The position numbers and the translations under genes are program-made. Shown here one piece after another: positions 1 through 9,184 of a stretch of 60,735 nucleotides of DNA (position 1 is the first letter of the stretch; each line of letters begins with the position of its first letter). A model generated the notes under the pieces. It was not told where the DNA came from. It did no database searches and saw only the letters and a program-made list of their open reading frames with translations. Origin of the DNA: Planctomycetota bacterium (lineage in GTDB: Bacteria; Planctomycetota; Phycisphaerae; Sedimentisphaerales; Anaerobacaceae); the NCBI GenBank assembly GCA_043820045.1, contig JBDREF010000377.1, positions 1 through 60,735 of the forward strand. The letters are read 5' to 3'.

Positions 1-181
1 CCCACTTGTCCAATAACTTTGAGATTATGACCCACAAGAGGCGAAAACCGGCAGTAAATCTTGGGTGAGGGTCATTTTTCTCAAGGATTCGCTGCTTACA
101 GACAGATACTTGGCTCTCTGCTGTCAGCAGTCTGGCCGCCAGCACTGCCCTGGAACAAAGGATAGCCTGCAGAAAACTCAT
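1..181 (-). CDS. ORF truncated by the window edge (first 60 codons only); N-terminus faintly transposase/integrase-like
   Basis: ATG at 181 on the minus strand opens a frame that runs off the left edge: MSFLQAILCSRAVLAARLLTAESQVSVCKQRILEKNDPHPRFTAGFRLLWVIISKLLDKW. The helical N-terminus followed by PRFT..FRLLWV..SKL..W resembles N-termini of some rve-type transposases. No catalytic domain is visible in the window. Confidence 0.2.
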   Translation of the reverse strand, partial: MSFLQAILCSRAVLAARLLTAESQVSVCKQRILEKNDPHPRFTAGFRLLWVIISKLLDKW

Positions 182-414
182 GCCGTAGCGAAACATTTCA
201 CAAGCACAAACAAGATGATGATATAGGTTCGTTATAAGGTTTTTTATCGTGTTCATGCCACAAGGATAATACAATTAGCTACCTGTGGCAAGTGCGCATA
301 AGTCTTTTATTGACAAAAGGGACGGAGTTTTTCGGATGGACAGGTTCGTTTCATACCTACGACCTGTTAAATTGGGCAAGGTCTCAGGTTCGTAACGGGT
401 AAAATCGACCTCAT

Positions 415-466
415 AAAAAAAAGAGATAACTCCTTAGTAAATATAAAGTTACTAAAAAGTTATCTT
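415..466 (-). terminator. Rho-independent terminator downstream of tRNA-fMet
   Basis: On the minus strand, AGATAACT (458-465) pairs with AGTTATCT (424-431), with an inner AGTAA/TTACT stem. The hairpin is followed directly by a run of 8 U (A-run 415-422 on the plus strand). Confidence 0.6.
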
Positions 467-476
467 TAAAGGGCAA

Positions 477-550
477 TAGCGGGGGGAGGATTCGAACCTC
501 CGACCTCCGGGTTATGGGCCCGACGAGCTACCAGACTGCTCTACCCCGCG
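477..550 (-). tRNA. Initiator tRNA-fMet (anticodon CAU)
   Basis: The reverse complement reads CGCGGGGTAGAGCAGTCTGGTAGCTCGTCGGGCCCATAACCCGGAGGTCGGAGGTTCGAATCCTCCCCCCGCTA. It forms a cloverleaf with a CAU anticodon, three G-C pairs closing the anticodon stem, and a C1:U72 mismatch, all typical of initiator tRNA. CCA is not encoded. Confidence 0.9.
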
Positions 551-671
551 ATCATTAACACATATTTTCTACTTTTCAAACTACAGAGAACAGCGAGACG
601 CTACTCAACACCATAAAAGCTAAAATACCACAAAAAGTATAGCTCATCAACAACAAAATAACTATATAAAA

Positions 672-1088
672 CTACAAATTCCGGCGAATCTCGCCAGCAA
701 TAACCTCGGCCTTCCCCTCTTCATACTTGTAAGATGGCCAGCGGTTGAACACGCCGTCGCCGGCTATGCGAGGGATAATGTGAAAATGCAAGTGCCCGAT
801 GAGCTGGCCGGCCGCTCCGCCGTTGTTGCACAATATATTATAGCCGTCGGAACTCATCGCCGCTGCAACAGCGCCTGCAATTCTGCCGAGACGCGATGAG
901 ACCTGACCTAAAAGCGCAGCCGGACAAGCATGCAATTTTTCAAAGTGCTGCTTTGGAATCACCAGAGTATGGCCGTCGCTTATAGGGCCTATATCCAAAA
1001 AAGCAAGAACGACGTCGTCTTCGTAAATCTTTGTAACCGGTATTTTTCCAGCTACCATTTTGCAAAAGAGACAGTCGTCTGCATTCAT
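672..1088 (-). CDS. HIT (histidine triad) family nucleotide hydrolase
   Basis: Carries the HLHFHIIPR histidine-triad motif and a CLFCKMVAGKIP N-terminus. The ORF track starts at TTG 1106; ATG at 1088 (MNADDCLFCK) is the more likely start. It lies 18-36 nt downstream of rplQ. Confidence 0.85.
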   Translation of the reverse strand: MNADDCLFCKMVAGKIPVTKIYEDDVVLAFLDIGPISDGHTLVIPKQHFEKLHACPAALLGQVSSRLGRIAGAVAAAMSSDGYNILCNNGGAAGQLIGHLHFHIIPRIAGDGVFNRWPSYKYEEGKAEVIAGEIRRNL

Positions 1089-1123
1089 CGCAACCTCACC
1101 CTGCAATGCACAGGTTACTGTTC

Positions 1124-1675
1124 TCAGCTGTTCTTGTCTTCGGAGTCCTGAGCTTCGGTAGTTTCTTGCAGCTCCACGGCTGCCTCCTCGGCCCGAACAA
1201 CCGTCTGGCCTTCGAGTACGGTTTCCTTTGCTTTCTTACGCGAGCGTTTTCTGGTCTGCTTTACCGAACTCTCGTCAGCACCTACAAGCTGCAGCAGGAC
1301 AAGTTGGCCGTTGTCGCCAAGCCTTCGCAGAGAAAGCCGGATGATTCTCGTATAGCCGCCCGGCCTGTCAAGGTACCTGGGGCCGATTTCGCTGAACAGT
1401 TTTCCAACCACGGTGCCTTTTCTAACAGCGCCGCCCTCTTCATGCTCTACGATATCTCTATTTCCAAGCAGCGAGATAGCCCGGCGTCTGGCTGCCAACG
1501 TACCCTGCTTGGCAAGGGTAATCAATTTCTCCGCAAAAGGCTTCACCTCTTTGGCTTTCTCTATCGTGGTCGAAATCGTTTCGTGCTCGATGAGCGAAGC
1601 AACCAGATTTCGGCGCATAGCCAGACGATGCTCTCTTGTTCGACTTAACTGACGCCCTGCTACTCTGTGACGCAT
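1124..1675 (-). CDS. rplQ: 50S ribosomal protein L17 (with ~60 aa acidic/basic C-terminal tail)
   Basis: MRHRVAGRQLSRTREHRLAMRRNL is a canonical L17 N-terminus. The gene follows rpoA as expected. Confidence 0.95.
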   Translation of the reverse strand: MRHRVAGRQLSRTREHRLAMRRNLVASLIEHETISTTIEKAKEVKPFAEKLITLAKQGTLAARRRAISLLGNRDIVEHEEGGAVRKGTVVGKLFSEIGPRYLDRPGGYTRIIRLSLRRLGDNGQLVLLQLVGADESSVKQTRKRSRKKAKETVLEGQTVVRAEEAAVELQETTEAQDSEDKNS

Positions 1676-1696
1676 ATACCTGAACTCCTCTTATTT

Positions 1697-2698
1697 CTAT
1701 ACATCTGTCATGCCTAAAGACAGGCCAATGTCGGCAAGTTTCCTCTTGATTTCCCGCAGAGAAGTCTTGCCGAAGCTGCGTATCTTTAGCAAGTCGCCTT
1801 CTGTCATTCTCGCCAACTGGCCGACAGTTTCGGTTTTTGCCGACTCGAGACAGTTGCTTGCCCTCACAGAGAGTTCCAACTCCTGAATAGGCATATTCAA
1901 TTTTTGGGCCTGTTCCTCATCTATAGCCTGTTCCTCCGGCTCTGCTTCCGCGATTTGGGAACTGGCTACGGTCTCCTCCCCAAGCCTGAAATACTGAACG
2001 AACGGGTTGACATGCTTTCGCAGGATCTTGGCGGCCTCGACCAGCGCCATCTCGGGCGCGATTGTTCCGTTAGTCCATATCTCCAGAATCAGCCTGTCAT
2101 AGTTGGTCCGCTGCCCTACCCGGGTATCTTCGGTCACATAACGCACTCTCGTAACCGGCGAATACACGGTATCGAGCATTATCCTTCCGATTTCCTGATC
2201 GAATCTGTCTCCTGCGGCGATTCGCTCGGAAGCCGGGATATAGCCACGGCCGTTATCGACTACCATTTCCATTTCGAACTTCATTTTTTCCGTCAGGGTA
2301 GCCAGAACCAGATCCTTGTTGATTACCTCGATGGCCGGGTCGGCAACAATATCGCCAGCCGTTACAGGGCCGGCCTTACTTGCCGATACGGTCATTGTCT
2401 TGGGCCCCTTCTCATGGAGTCGGATCACAAGACTCTTAACGTTCAAAACGATATCGGTAACATCCTCCATCACCCCATTTATCGAGCTGAATTCATGGTC
2501 GACGCCCGCTATCTTGATGGACGTTACAGCGCTGCCTTCCAGAGAGGAAAGCAGTATGCGTCTTAGGCTGTTGCCGATCGTAGTACCGAAACCGCGCTCA
2601 AAAGGCTCGATAAAGAATCGACCGTACTTATCACTCGATACCATCGTGTCTCGTTCAACACGAGTCGGCAACTCCAAACCACGCCATGTAACTCGCAT
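1697..2698 (-). CDS. rpoA: DNA-directed RNA polymerase subunit alpha
   Basis: 333 aa. GFGTTIGNSLRRILLSSLEG matches the N-terminal domain, and the C-terminal domain contains ELSVRASNCL and RSFGKTSL. Sits between rpsD and rplQ. Confidence 0.97.
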   Translation of the reverse strand: MRVTWRGLELPTRVERDTMVSSDKYGRFFIEPFERGFGTTIGNSLRRILLSSLEGSAVTSIKIAGVDHEFSSINGVMEDVTDIVLNVKSLVIRLHEKGPKTMTVSASKAGPVTAGDIVADPAIEVINKDLVLATLTEKMKFEMEMVVDNGRGYIPASERIAAGDRFDQEIGRIMLDTVYSPVTRVRYVTEDTRVGQRTNYDRLILEIWTNGTIAPEMALVEAAKILRKHVNPFVQYFRLGEETVASSQIAEAEPEEQAIDEEQAQKLNMPIQELELSVRASNCLESAKTETVGQLARMTEGDLLKIRSFGKTSLREIKRKLADIGLSLGMTDV

Positions 2699-2819
2699 AT
2701 AGGTCTCCTATATTAGCTTTGAGTTATAAATCTTTGAGTTAACTGGGCCTGCTCAAAACTCAACGCCGAAAACAAAGATTTTGCAGGACCCCAATAAAAA
2801 ACCTAAGCCTATTGTGTTT

Positions 2820-3452
2820 CTATCTCGAGCAGAACTCAACTACCAACTGTTCCTCGACGGGAATCTGAACGTCTTCTCGAGTCGGCAATGCAACAATAGT
2901 AGCTTCGGGTTTTTCCCGGGCCAACTGCAACCAGTTCTGTGTTGTAAAGTTTGAGTTGGTATCCAACTGTTCCTTTACATGTTTGAGACTCTTTTCAGAT
3001 TTCTTTACTGTTATCTTCTCGCCTATTTTCGTTGTATAGTCGCTGGTGTTCACCTTGCGCCCGTTTACATATATATGGCCGTGAGCAACTAGCTGTCTCG
3101 CAGCTTTGCGTGACGGCGCAAAATTCAGTTTATATACCACATTGTCCAAGCGTCTCTCCAGCAACTGCAGTAGTGTCTCGCCGGTATTGCCCTTCATCCG
3201 CTCGGCTCTGCGAAAACATCGCACAAACTGCCGCTCCATGAGTCCGTAATACCTTTTGATCTTCTGCTTTTCTCGCAGTCTGACGCCGTATTCGCTTATC
3301 CTGCCTCTGCGCCATCCGTGCATGCCTGGGGCCAGATTACGTTGCTTCTTCTCAACCGGACACTTGGCCGTCTCGCACCTGATGCCCTTGAGCATAAGCT
3401 TCATTCCTTCGCGACGGCAGTGTTTACAAGATGAACCTAAATAACGTCCCAT
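2820..3452 (-). CDS. rpsD: 30S ribosomal protein S4
   Basis: MGRYLGSSCKHCRREGMKL start and an S4 RNA-binding domain (RLDNVVYKLNFAPSRKAARQLVAHGHIYVNG). Confidence 0.97.
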   Translation of the reverse strand: MGRYLGSSCKHCRREGMKLMLKGIRCETAKCPVEKKQRNLAPGMHGWRRGRISEYGVRLREKQKIKRYYGLMERQFVRCFRRAERMKGNTGETLLQLLERRLDNVVYKLNFAPSRKAARQLVAHGHIYVNGRKVNTSDYTTKIGEKITVKKSEKSLKHVKEQLDTNSNFTTQNWLQLAREKPEATIVALPTREDVQIPVEEQLVVEFCSR

Positions 3453-3495
3453 CTTCTTTATCTATCTCCAGAAAAGTCTCTTGGATATTGGTACC

Positions 3496-3876
3496 TTATA
3501 CTCTTCTTCTCTTTGGCGGCCTGCAGCCATTGTGCGGCAACGGCGTAACATCCTCTATCGATGAGATACGCAATCCCGCCTGCTGCAGTGCCGAAATGGC
3601 GGATTCGCGACCCGAACCGGGCCCCTTGACTCTGATCTCAACTTCGCGTACGCCGTTACGCATGGCGGCACTTGCACAGCGTTGTGCAGCCCGTTGAGCG
3701 GCAAAAGGCGTGCTCTTGCGCGAGCCCTTGAAACCTACGCACCCGGACGAGCCCGAACTCACCGCATTGCCGTCCATATCCGTAATGGTAATCAACGTAT
3801 TGTTGAATGTAGCCTTGATGTGAACAATAGCCCTGACAACATTCTTTCTTACTTTTCGCTTTGTCTTCTTTGCCAT
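3496..3876 (-). CDS. rpsK: 30S ribosomal protein S11
   Basis: Contains [15 protein letters not shown] and [11 protein letters not shown]...GL.I..I.D.TP.PHNGCRP.KRRRV. Confidence 0.97.
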   Translation of the reverse strand: MAKKTKRKVRKNVVRAIVHIKATFNNTLITITDMDGNAVSSGSSGCVGFKGSRKSTPFAAQRAAQRCASAAMRNGVREVEIRVKGPGSGRESAISALQQAGLRISSIEDVTPLPHNGCRPPKRRRV

Positions 3877-3921
3877 TATTTCTCTCGTATTGTTCTTCTA
3901 TTGCAAACAACTAAGCCCTTA

Positions 3922-4302
3922 TCACCTTTCCTTCACACCCTTCTTGCCCGCAACTGTCTTTCTCGGGCCTTTGCGTGTGCGTGCATTGCTCTGAGTACAC
4001 TGTCCGCGAACGGGCAGACCCCTTCTGTGGCGGGTGCCTCTGTAACAGTTTATATCGCGCAACCGAGCGATGTTCTGAGCAACCTGCCTGCGAAGCTGAC
4101 CTTCTACAATGTAGTTGCGGTCGATAATCTGCGTTATTTTACTTAGCTCGTCTTCGGTAAGCTTGGCGGCTTTCGCGCTCGTATCGATTCCGGCTTCCTT
4201 CAATATCTGCTTCGAGGTGCATTTACCTATACCGGCAATGTAGGTCAATGCAATCCATATCGACCTGTCATTGGGAATATCAACACCGACTATACGCGGC
4301 AT
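3922..4302 (-). CDS. rpsM: 30S ribosomal protein S13
   Basis: [13 protein letters not shown] start, plus [22 protein letters not shown]. Confidence 0.97.
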   Translation of the reverse strand: MPRIVGVDIPNDRSIWIALTYIAGIGKCTSKQILKEAGIDTSAKAAKLTEDELSKITQIIDRNYIVEGQLRRQVAQNIARLRDINCYRGTRHRRGLPVRGQCTQSNARTRKGPRKTVAGKKGVKER

Positions 4303-4350
4303 ATCAGCTCCTTTTCGTATCTGGCTTCACGTCTGGTCTTCAACACAAGA

Positions 4351-4464
4351 CTATCCCTGTCGCTGTTTATGTCGCGGGTCAGTACAAATCACCCGCACAA
4401 CACCTTTGCGGCGAACAATCTTGCAGTTTTCACATATACGTTTTACAGAACTTCTTACTTTCAT
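4351..4464 (-). CDS. rpmJ: 50S ribosomal protein L36 (Zn-binding form); below the ORF-track length cutoff
   Basis: Hand translation of the minus strand gives [37 protein letters not shown] followed by a stop (37 aa). Sits between infA and rpsM as expected. Confidence 0.9.
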   Translation of the reverse strand: MKVRSSVKRICENCKIVRRKGVVRVICTDPRHKQRQG

Positions 4465-4535
4465 TTACCATACCTGCTTTTACGCTAACGGTTCGCGCCT
4501 GAATACGGCAACGGTTTGCCGCAAACAAGCCGTTA

Positions 4536-4751
4536 TTAATGCCGGAGCACTATTCGGCCCCTGTTTAAGTCGTACGGCGACATTTCAACTACGACCGTGT
4601 CGCCCGGCAAAATCCGAATAAAATGCATGCGCATCTTGCCGGAAACATGCGCCAAGACCTTGTGGCCGTTCTCCAATTCCACTTTGAACATCGCATTCGG
4701 CAAAGCATCGGTCACTTTGGCTTGCAGTCTTATTGTGTCCTTCTTTGCCAT
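4536..4751 (-). CDS. infA: Translation initiation factor IF-1
   Basis: 71 aa. [41 protein letters not shown] is a canonical S1-like IF-1 sequence. Confidence 0.96.
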   Translation of the reverse strand: MAKKDTIRLQAKVTDALPNAMFKVELENGHKVLAHVSGKMRMHFIRILPGDTVVVEMSPYDLNRGRIVLRH

Positions 4752-4799
4752 TTCTTCCTGTTTCGCAACTCACAACCTTTTATTCGTTCGAGCCACTCT

Positions 4800-5585
4800 T
4801 TACACTTGTTTTCTGGTCAGGACTTCACACCCATCTTCCACTATTGCGATAGTGTGTTCAAAATGTGCCGAACATTTCCCGTCTCTCGTCACCACAGTCC
4901 ATCCGTTCCTGAGAGTCCTGACGGCACTGGAGCCGGCGTTAATCATTGGCTCGACGGCCAAAACCATCCCTTCGGCCAACACTATATCGTTCGACAGCAA
5001 GTCATTGCTGACAAAGTTCGGCACCCTCGGTTCTTCGTGCATTTTCGTGCCGATACCGTGCCCGACAAAGTCTTTCACCACTGAAAAACCGGCGGATTCG
5101 GCACATTGCTGCATTGCAGCAGCCACCTGACTCCACCTGACAGTCGGTGCAGATTTTTCAATTGCTATGTTAAGAACACACTTTGTTACGTCAATCAGTC
5201 GACGCCGGTCATCAGCGACTTCACCGATGGCAACAGTTAAAGCGGCGTCGGCGCAATAGCCGTTGAGTCTAACGCCAAAGTCGATACTCAGGATATCACC
5301 ATCACTGAGTTCCGTGCTCTCAGAAGGAATCCCGTGAACGACTTCATCGTTTACCGAGGCGCAAATCGCACCTGGAAACGGGATACGCGACATCGGAGCA
5401 CGAACCCCCTTAAACAGGGCCTTCGCTCCGGCATCGGCAACCATCTGCAACGCTACCTCGTCAAGCCGGCCGGTAGTCATGCCCGGCTCTGCGATCTCCT
5501 TTAGTTTTGAAAGAACATCTGCTACAACGGCACCTGCCTTACCCATCAACTCAATTTCTCTTCGACTTCGAAGCGTTATAGCCAT
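4800..5585 (-). CDS. map: Type I methionine aminopeptidase
   Basis: 261 aa with metal-ligand context (VVHGIP, DISIDFG, FVGHGIG, LAVEPM, EHT). Sits between adk and infA. Confidence 0.95.
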   Translation of the reverse strand: MAITLRSRREIELMGKAGAVVADVLSKLKEIAEPGMTTGRLDEVALQMVADAGAKALFKGVRAPMSRIPFPGAICASVNDEVVHGIPSESTELSDGDILSIDFGVRLNGYCADAALTVAIGEVADDRRRLIDVTKCVLNIAIEKSAPTVRWSQVAAAMQQCAESAGFSVVKDFVGHGIGTKMHEEPRVPNFVSNDLLSNDIVLAEGMVLAVEPMINAGSSAVRTLRNGWTVVTRDGKCSAHFEHTIAIVEDGCEVLTRKQV

Positions 5586-5638
5586 TTAATCTCGTATCTC
5601 GTCGCCCGTACCTCGTGATCCGATACAGCATCAACCAC

Positions 5639-6292
5639 TCAAACCTTAACGAGGTTGTCCAGCTTCTCGAACACAGAAACCTTCACCTCGTCGGCATCTC
5701 TGTTGGCATCGAAGTCATAAACAGTGCCGTTGTTCCTGTAGTAGTCAACCAACGGCTCTGTCTGCCGGTGGTAGGTTTCAAGACGATTGGCCACCACATC
5801 CGGGTTGTCATCAGGCCTTTGGACCAGCTCTCTGCCGTCTTCATCGCATATACCTTCAGTTTTTGGTTTCAGATTCTCAATATGGTAAACTGCTCCACAC
5901 TGAGGACAACTTCTTCTTCCGGTCATTCTCGCTTCTATTACCCTGTCATCCACCTCGAGATTCAAGACGGCATCTATATTCTGCGATCTTTCATCCAACG
6001 CTTCGTCAAGTGCTATGGCCTGGTTGACCGTTCTTGGAAAGCCATCCAGCACGAAGCCGGCGGCCGGAGCTTCTTCTATCGCTGTCGCCATCATCTCTAT
6101 TATGATTCCGTCGGGTACCAAGGCCCCTGAATCCATATAGCTCTGGGCTTCTTTCCCCAATTCCGTACCGGCAGCTCGTTCCCGTCGCAGGATATCTCCG
6201 CTCGACAGATGAAGCAGACTGTATTGAGCTACAATGTTCTTGCACTGCGTTCCCTTACCTGCACCCGGAGCACCTAACAATACTATCCTCAT
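5639..6292 (-). CDS. adk: Adenylate kinase
   Basis: MRIVLLGAPGAGKGTQ P-loop and a Zn-lid CPQCG...C.EDG. Overlaps the secY stop by 4 nt. Confidence 0.96.
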   Translation of the reverse strand: MRIVLLGAPGAGKGTQCKNIVAQYSLLHLSSGDILRRERAAGTELGKEAQSYMDSGALVPDGIIIEMMATAIEEAPAAGFVLDGFPRTVNQAIALDEALDERSQNIDAVLNLEVDDRVIEARMTGRRSCPQCGAVYHIENLKPKTEGICDEDGRELVQRPDDNPDVVANRLETYHRQTEPLVDYYRNNGTVYDFDANRDADEVKVSVFEKLDNLVKV

Positions 6293-7644
6293 GCATACGC
6301 TCCTTTTATCCTGCCGGCACCGCTGAAGCCTTCATAGCTGCGCATCAGGAGGTTAGCTTCGATTTTCTGCACGAGATCGAGCGAGACGCTGACGACTATC
6401 AACAAACCCGTACCACCCAGAAAATGTGCCACAGTCGGTTCAATGCCAAGCAAGACGATAATAAGGGATGGAACAACCGCAATAATTGCCAAAAACGAAG
6501 CGCCGAAGTAGGTGATTCTGGTCATCACCGTTTCCAGATATTCCGCAGTTCGACGCCCGGGGCGAAGCCCGGGTATGAAACTTCCCGAATCACGCAGGTT
6601 TTTGGCCATTTCCTTGGGCTGAAACTGAACCGTCACCCAGAAATACGCAAACAGGAATATCAACAGCATATACAGGACGTTGTACGTATAAGCACGGAAG
6701 CTCAGAGCGTCGTACAGAGTCTGCAGGATTGCCGAACTGTTCAGGCGTTCAACTTGCAGAAGCTGGCCGATTATGATTGGCGGAAACATCATGAAGCTCG
6801 ATGCGAAGATTATGGGCATAACCCCGCCGTGATTGACGCGAAGCGGCAGGTAGTGTCTCTGGCCGCCGTACATTCTGCGGCCGCGCATCTGCTTTGCTTG
6901 CTGGATAGGTATTCGCCGCTGGCCCTGCGTTATCAATATCGCTCCGGCAACAACGAAAACGAACGCCGCCAAGAGGAATAATATCTTTGCAGGCCCGACA
7001 CTGCCGGCTGAGGCACCCACCTTGAAATCGACGTTCTGCCAAAGCGTCTGGACTGCCCACGGCATTCTGGAGACAATGCCGGCCATGATTATCAAACTAA
7101 TGCCGTTTCCTATGCCATATTCGTCTATCTGCTCGCCCAGCCACATCAGGAAGATAGTGCCCGCCGACATGCCGACAACGCCCATTATCAAGGCCCGACG
7201 TTCCATACCGGCATAGATCATGCCCTGCCCGCCCAGCAGCTTCATAAACATTATCGATTGAATGACGCATATCAGCACGGTCAAATACCGCGTGTACTCC
7301 TGTATTTTCTTGTGGCCGGTTTGGCCTTCCTGGCGCAACTTCTTCAGCGCCGGAACGACTTCCCCCAGGAGCATCAGAATAATAGACGCCGTAATATAGG
7401 GCATGATTCCAAGTCCGAACAAACTGCTTTGGTCCAGCCTGCCGCCAGTGAACATTTGCATCATTTCGGCGGCCCTGCCCAGCGGAGTCTCCGACTGCGT
7501 TGTGGCTTCGGCAACGGCTTTGAAGTCAAAGCCGGGAACGGAAATGTGGAATCCTATCCTGTAAATTACCAGCAGCGCCACAGTAAAAATGATCTTGTTG
7601 CGCAGATCCTGAACCCTGAATATGTTGACTACTGTTCCAAGCAT
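6289..7644 (-). CDS. secY: Preprotein translocase subunit SecY
   Basis: 451 aa polytopic membrane protein with GIMPYITASI and LGEQIDEYGIGNGISLII motifs. Position in the spc operon is as expected. Confidence 0.97.
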   Translation of the reverse strand: MLGTVVNIFRVQDLRNKIIFTVALLVIYRIGFHISVPGFDFKAVAEATTQSETPLGRAAEMMQMFTGGRLDQSSLFGLGIMPYITASIILMLLGEVVPALKKLRQEGQTGHKKIQEYTRYLTVLICVIQSIMFMKLLGGQGMIYAGMERRALIMGVVGMSAGTIFLMWLGEQIDEYGIGNGISLIIMAGIVSRMPWAVQTLWQNVDFKVGASAGSVGPAKILFLLAAFVFVVAGAILITQGQRRIPIQQAKQMRGRRMYGGQRHYLPLRVNHGGVMPIIFASSFMMFPPIIIGQLLQVERLNSSAILQTLYDALSFRAYTYNVLYMLLIFLFAYFWVTVQFQPKEMAKNLRDSGSFIPGLRPGRRTAEYLETVMTRITYFGASFLAIIAVVPSLIIVLLGIEPTVAHFLGGTGLLIVVSVSLDLVQKIEANLLMRSYEGFSGAGRIKGAYA

Positions 7645-7708
7645 TATTTCATGTCTCGCATTTTCTGTTTTGCGTTCCTTTTCGCATGTTACGACGCACG
7701 AACGACGA

Positions 7709-8152
7709 TCATATTACCTCTGCCGTGCCGCCGATAGCGGATATCTTCTGCTCGGCGGCCTTACTGAACTTGTGGGCAGTAACCTGGAGTCTTTTCGTCA
7801 GATCTCCCTTTGCGAGAATCTTCACTGTGCTTTTGTCGCTGTCAATCAGTCCGGCGTCAGACAGTTGTCCCAGACCGATAGAGGCCCCGTCCTCAAACAT
7901 TTCCAGTTGCCAGACATTGACAATTTCATAGCGCATTGCAAAATTCTTATTGTTAAAGCCGCGCTTAGGCAACCGGCGAAACAGCGGCATTTGTCCGCCC
8001 TCGCTCAGCGAGATCGACTTCGCACCCGCTCTGCTACCCGCACCTTTGTGGCCTCGACCACTGGTTTTGCCATGGCCGCTGCCGGTGCCCCGGCCAACAC
8101 GGCGGCGACGTGTATGTCTGCCTGCAATAGAAGTTATTTCATGATTTAACAT
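7709..8152 (-). CDS. rplO: 50S ribosomal protein L15
   Basis: Contains RRRRVGRGTGSGHGKTSGRGHKG, then G...PL.RRLPKRGF. Confidence 0.95.
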   Translation of the reverse strand: MLNHEITSIAGRHTRRRRVGRGTGSGHGKTSGRGHKGAGSRAGAKSISLSEGGQMPLFRRLPKRGFNNKNFAMRYEIVNVWQLEMFEDGASIGLGQLSDAGLIDSDKSTVKILAKGDLTKRLQVTAHKFSKAAEQKISAIGGTAEVI

Positions 8153-8182
8153 TCAAATCACCCAAATATCAATCGGCAATTG

Positions 8183-8767
8183 TTAGACGTTAACGGCCAC
8201 ACCGCGAAGAGATTCAACCATTTCCTTGTTGCGTAATCTCAACAATCCGTCCAGTGTGGCTTTTACAACATTCTTAGCAGAAGTGCTTCCATAAACTTTC
8301 GTAAGAACATCCTGCACGCCGGCGTATTCAAGCACGGCTCTGGCACTGGAACTGGCGATAACTCCCGTGCCCGGGCTAGCCGGAACCAATGCTATCTTCG
8401 TGGCTCCGTACTTGCCATTGACCTTGTGTGGAATCGTTCGCCCCGCCAAAGCTACCCTATGCAACGCTTTCTTCGCATCCTTGACACCCTTCTCGACCGC
8501 CCGCGGGACCTCATTAGCCTTGCCATAACCGACACCCACAGTACTCGTGCGGTCGCCAACCACAACTAATGCCGCAAAGCTGAATCGCCGACCACCCTTG
8601 ACCACTTTGGAACAGCGATATATTTTCACAACCGTGTCTTCCAGGGGTCTATCTTCCGGGTCCGATGCTCTAATCCCGCCGGGAATTCGCACTAAAGGCG
8701 CCGAACTTCCTTCCAGGCTCACACTTGTAACGGGTTTAACAGGTTCCACTGCCAATTTTTTCTCCAA
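8183..8767 (-). CDS. rpsE: 30S ribosomal protein S5 (with ~40 aa N-terminal extension)
   Basis: Contains RCSKVVKGGRRFSFAALVVVGD....VGVGYGKA.EVP.A..K. Only 30 nt separate it from rplO. Confidence 0.95.
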   Translation of the reverse strand: MEKKLAVEPVKPVTSVSLEGSSAPLVRIPGGIRASDPEDRPLEDTVVKIYRCSKVVKGGRRFSFAALVVVGDRTSTVGVGYGKANEVPRAVEKGVKDAKKALHRVALAGRTIPHKVNGKYGATKIALVPASPGTGVIASSSARAVLEYAGVQDVLTKVYGSTSAKNVVKATLDGLLRLRNKEMVESLRGVAVNV

Positions 8768-8785
8768 GCTCTATCGTTATTCTTC

Positions 8786-9151
8786 TCAAAAAACCAGCCC
8801 GGCTTGCCTTGCTGCCTCAGCCAGGGCCTTGACTCGGCCATGAAATCTATATCGATTTCTGTCAAAGCAAACACACTTGATGCCGACACCGAGCGCCTGC
8901 TTCGCGATTGCTTCTCCCACGACTTGCGCAGCTTTAATGCCGCCACCGTTGGGGACCTGGTCTCGCAGACTTTTTGTCTTTGTACTTGCCGACGCGAGCG
9001 TCGCTCCGGCGGTATCGTCTATAACCTGAGCGTAAATATGTCTGTTCGAACGAAACACCGACAAGCGGGGCCTGTCCGGCGTCCCGGAAACCTTCTTGCG
9101 AACGTGATACTTGCGCCTGAGTGCGGCTTGTCTTAATCTATCAGTGCTCAA
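8786..9151 (-). CDS. rplR: 50S ribosomal protein L18
   Basis: Contains [20 protein letters not shown] and [23 protein letters not shown]. Confidence 0.95.
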   Translation of the reverse strand: MSTDRLRQAALRRKYHVRKKVSGTPDRPRLSVFRSNRHIYAQVIDDTAGATLASASTKTKSLRDQVPNGGGIKAAQVVGEAIAKQALGVGIKCVCFDRNRYRFHGRVKALAEAARQAGLVF

Positions 9152-9184
9152 TTCTTAGATTCCCAAATTATCGATTCGAAATGC

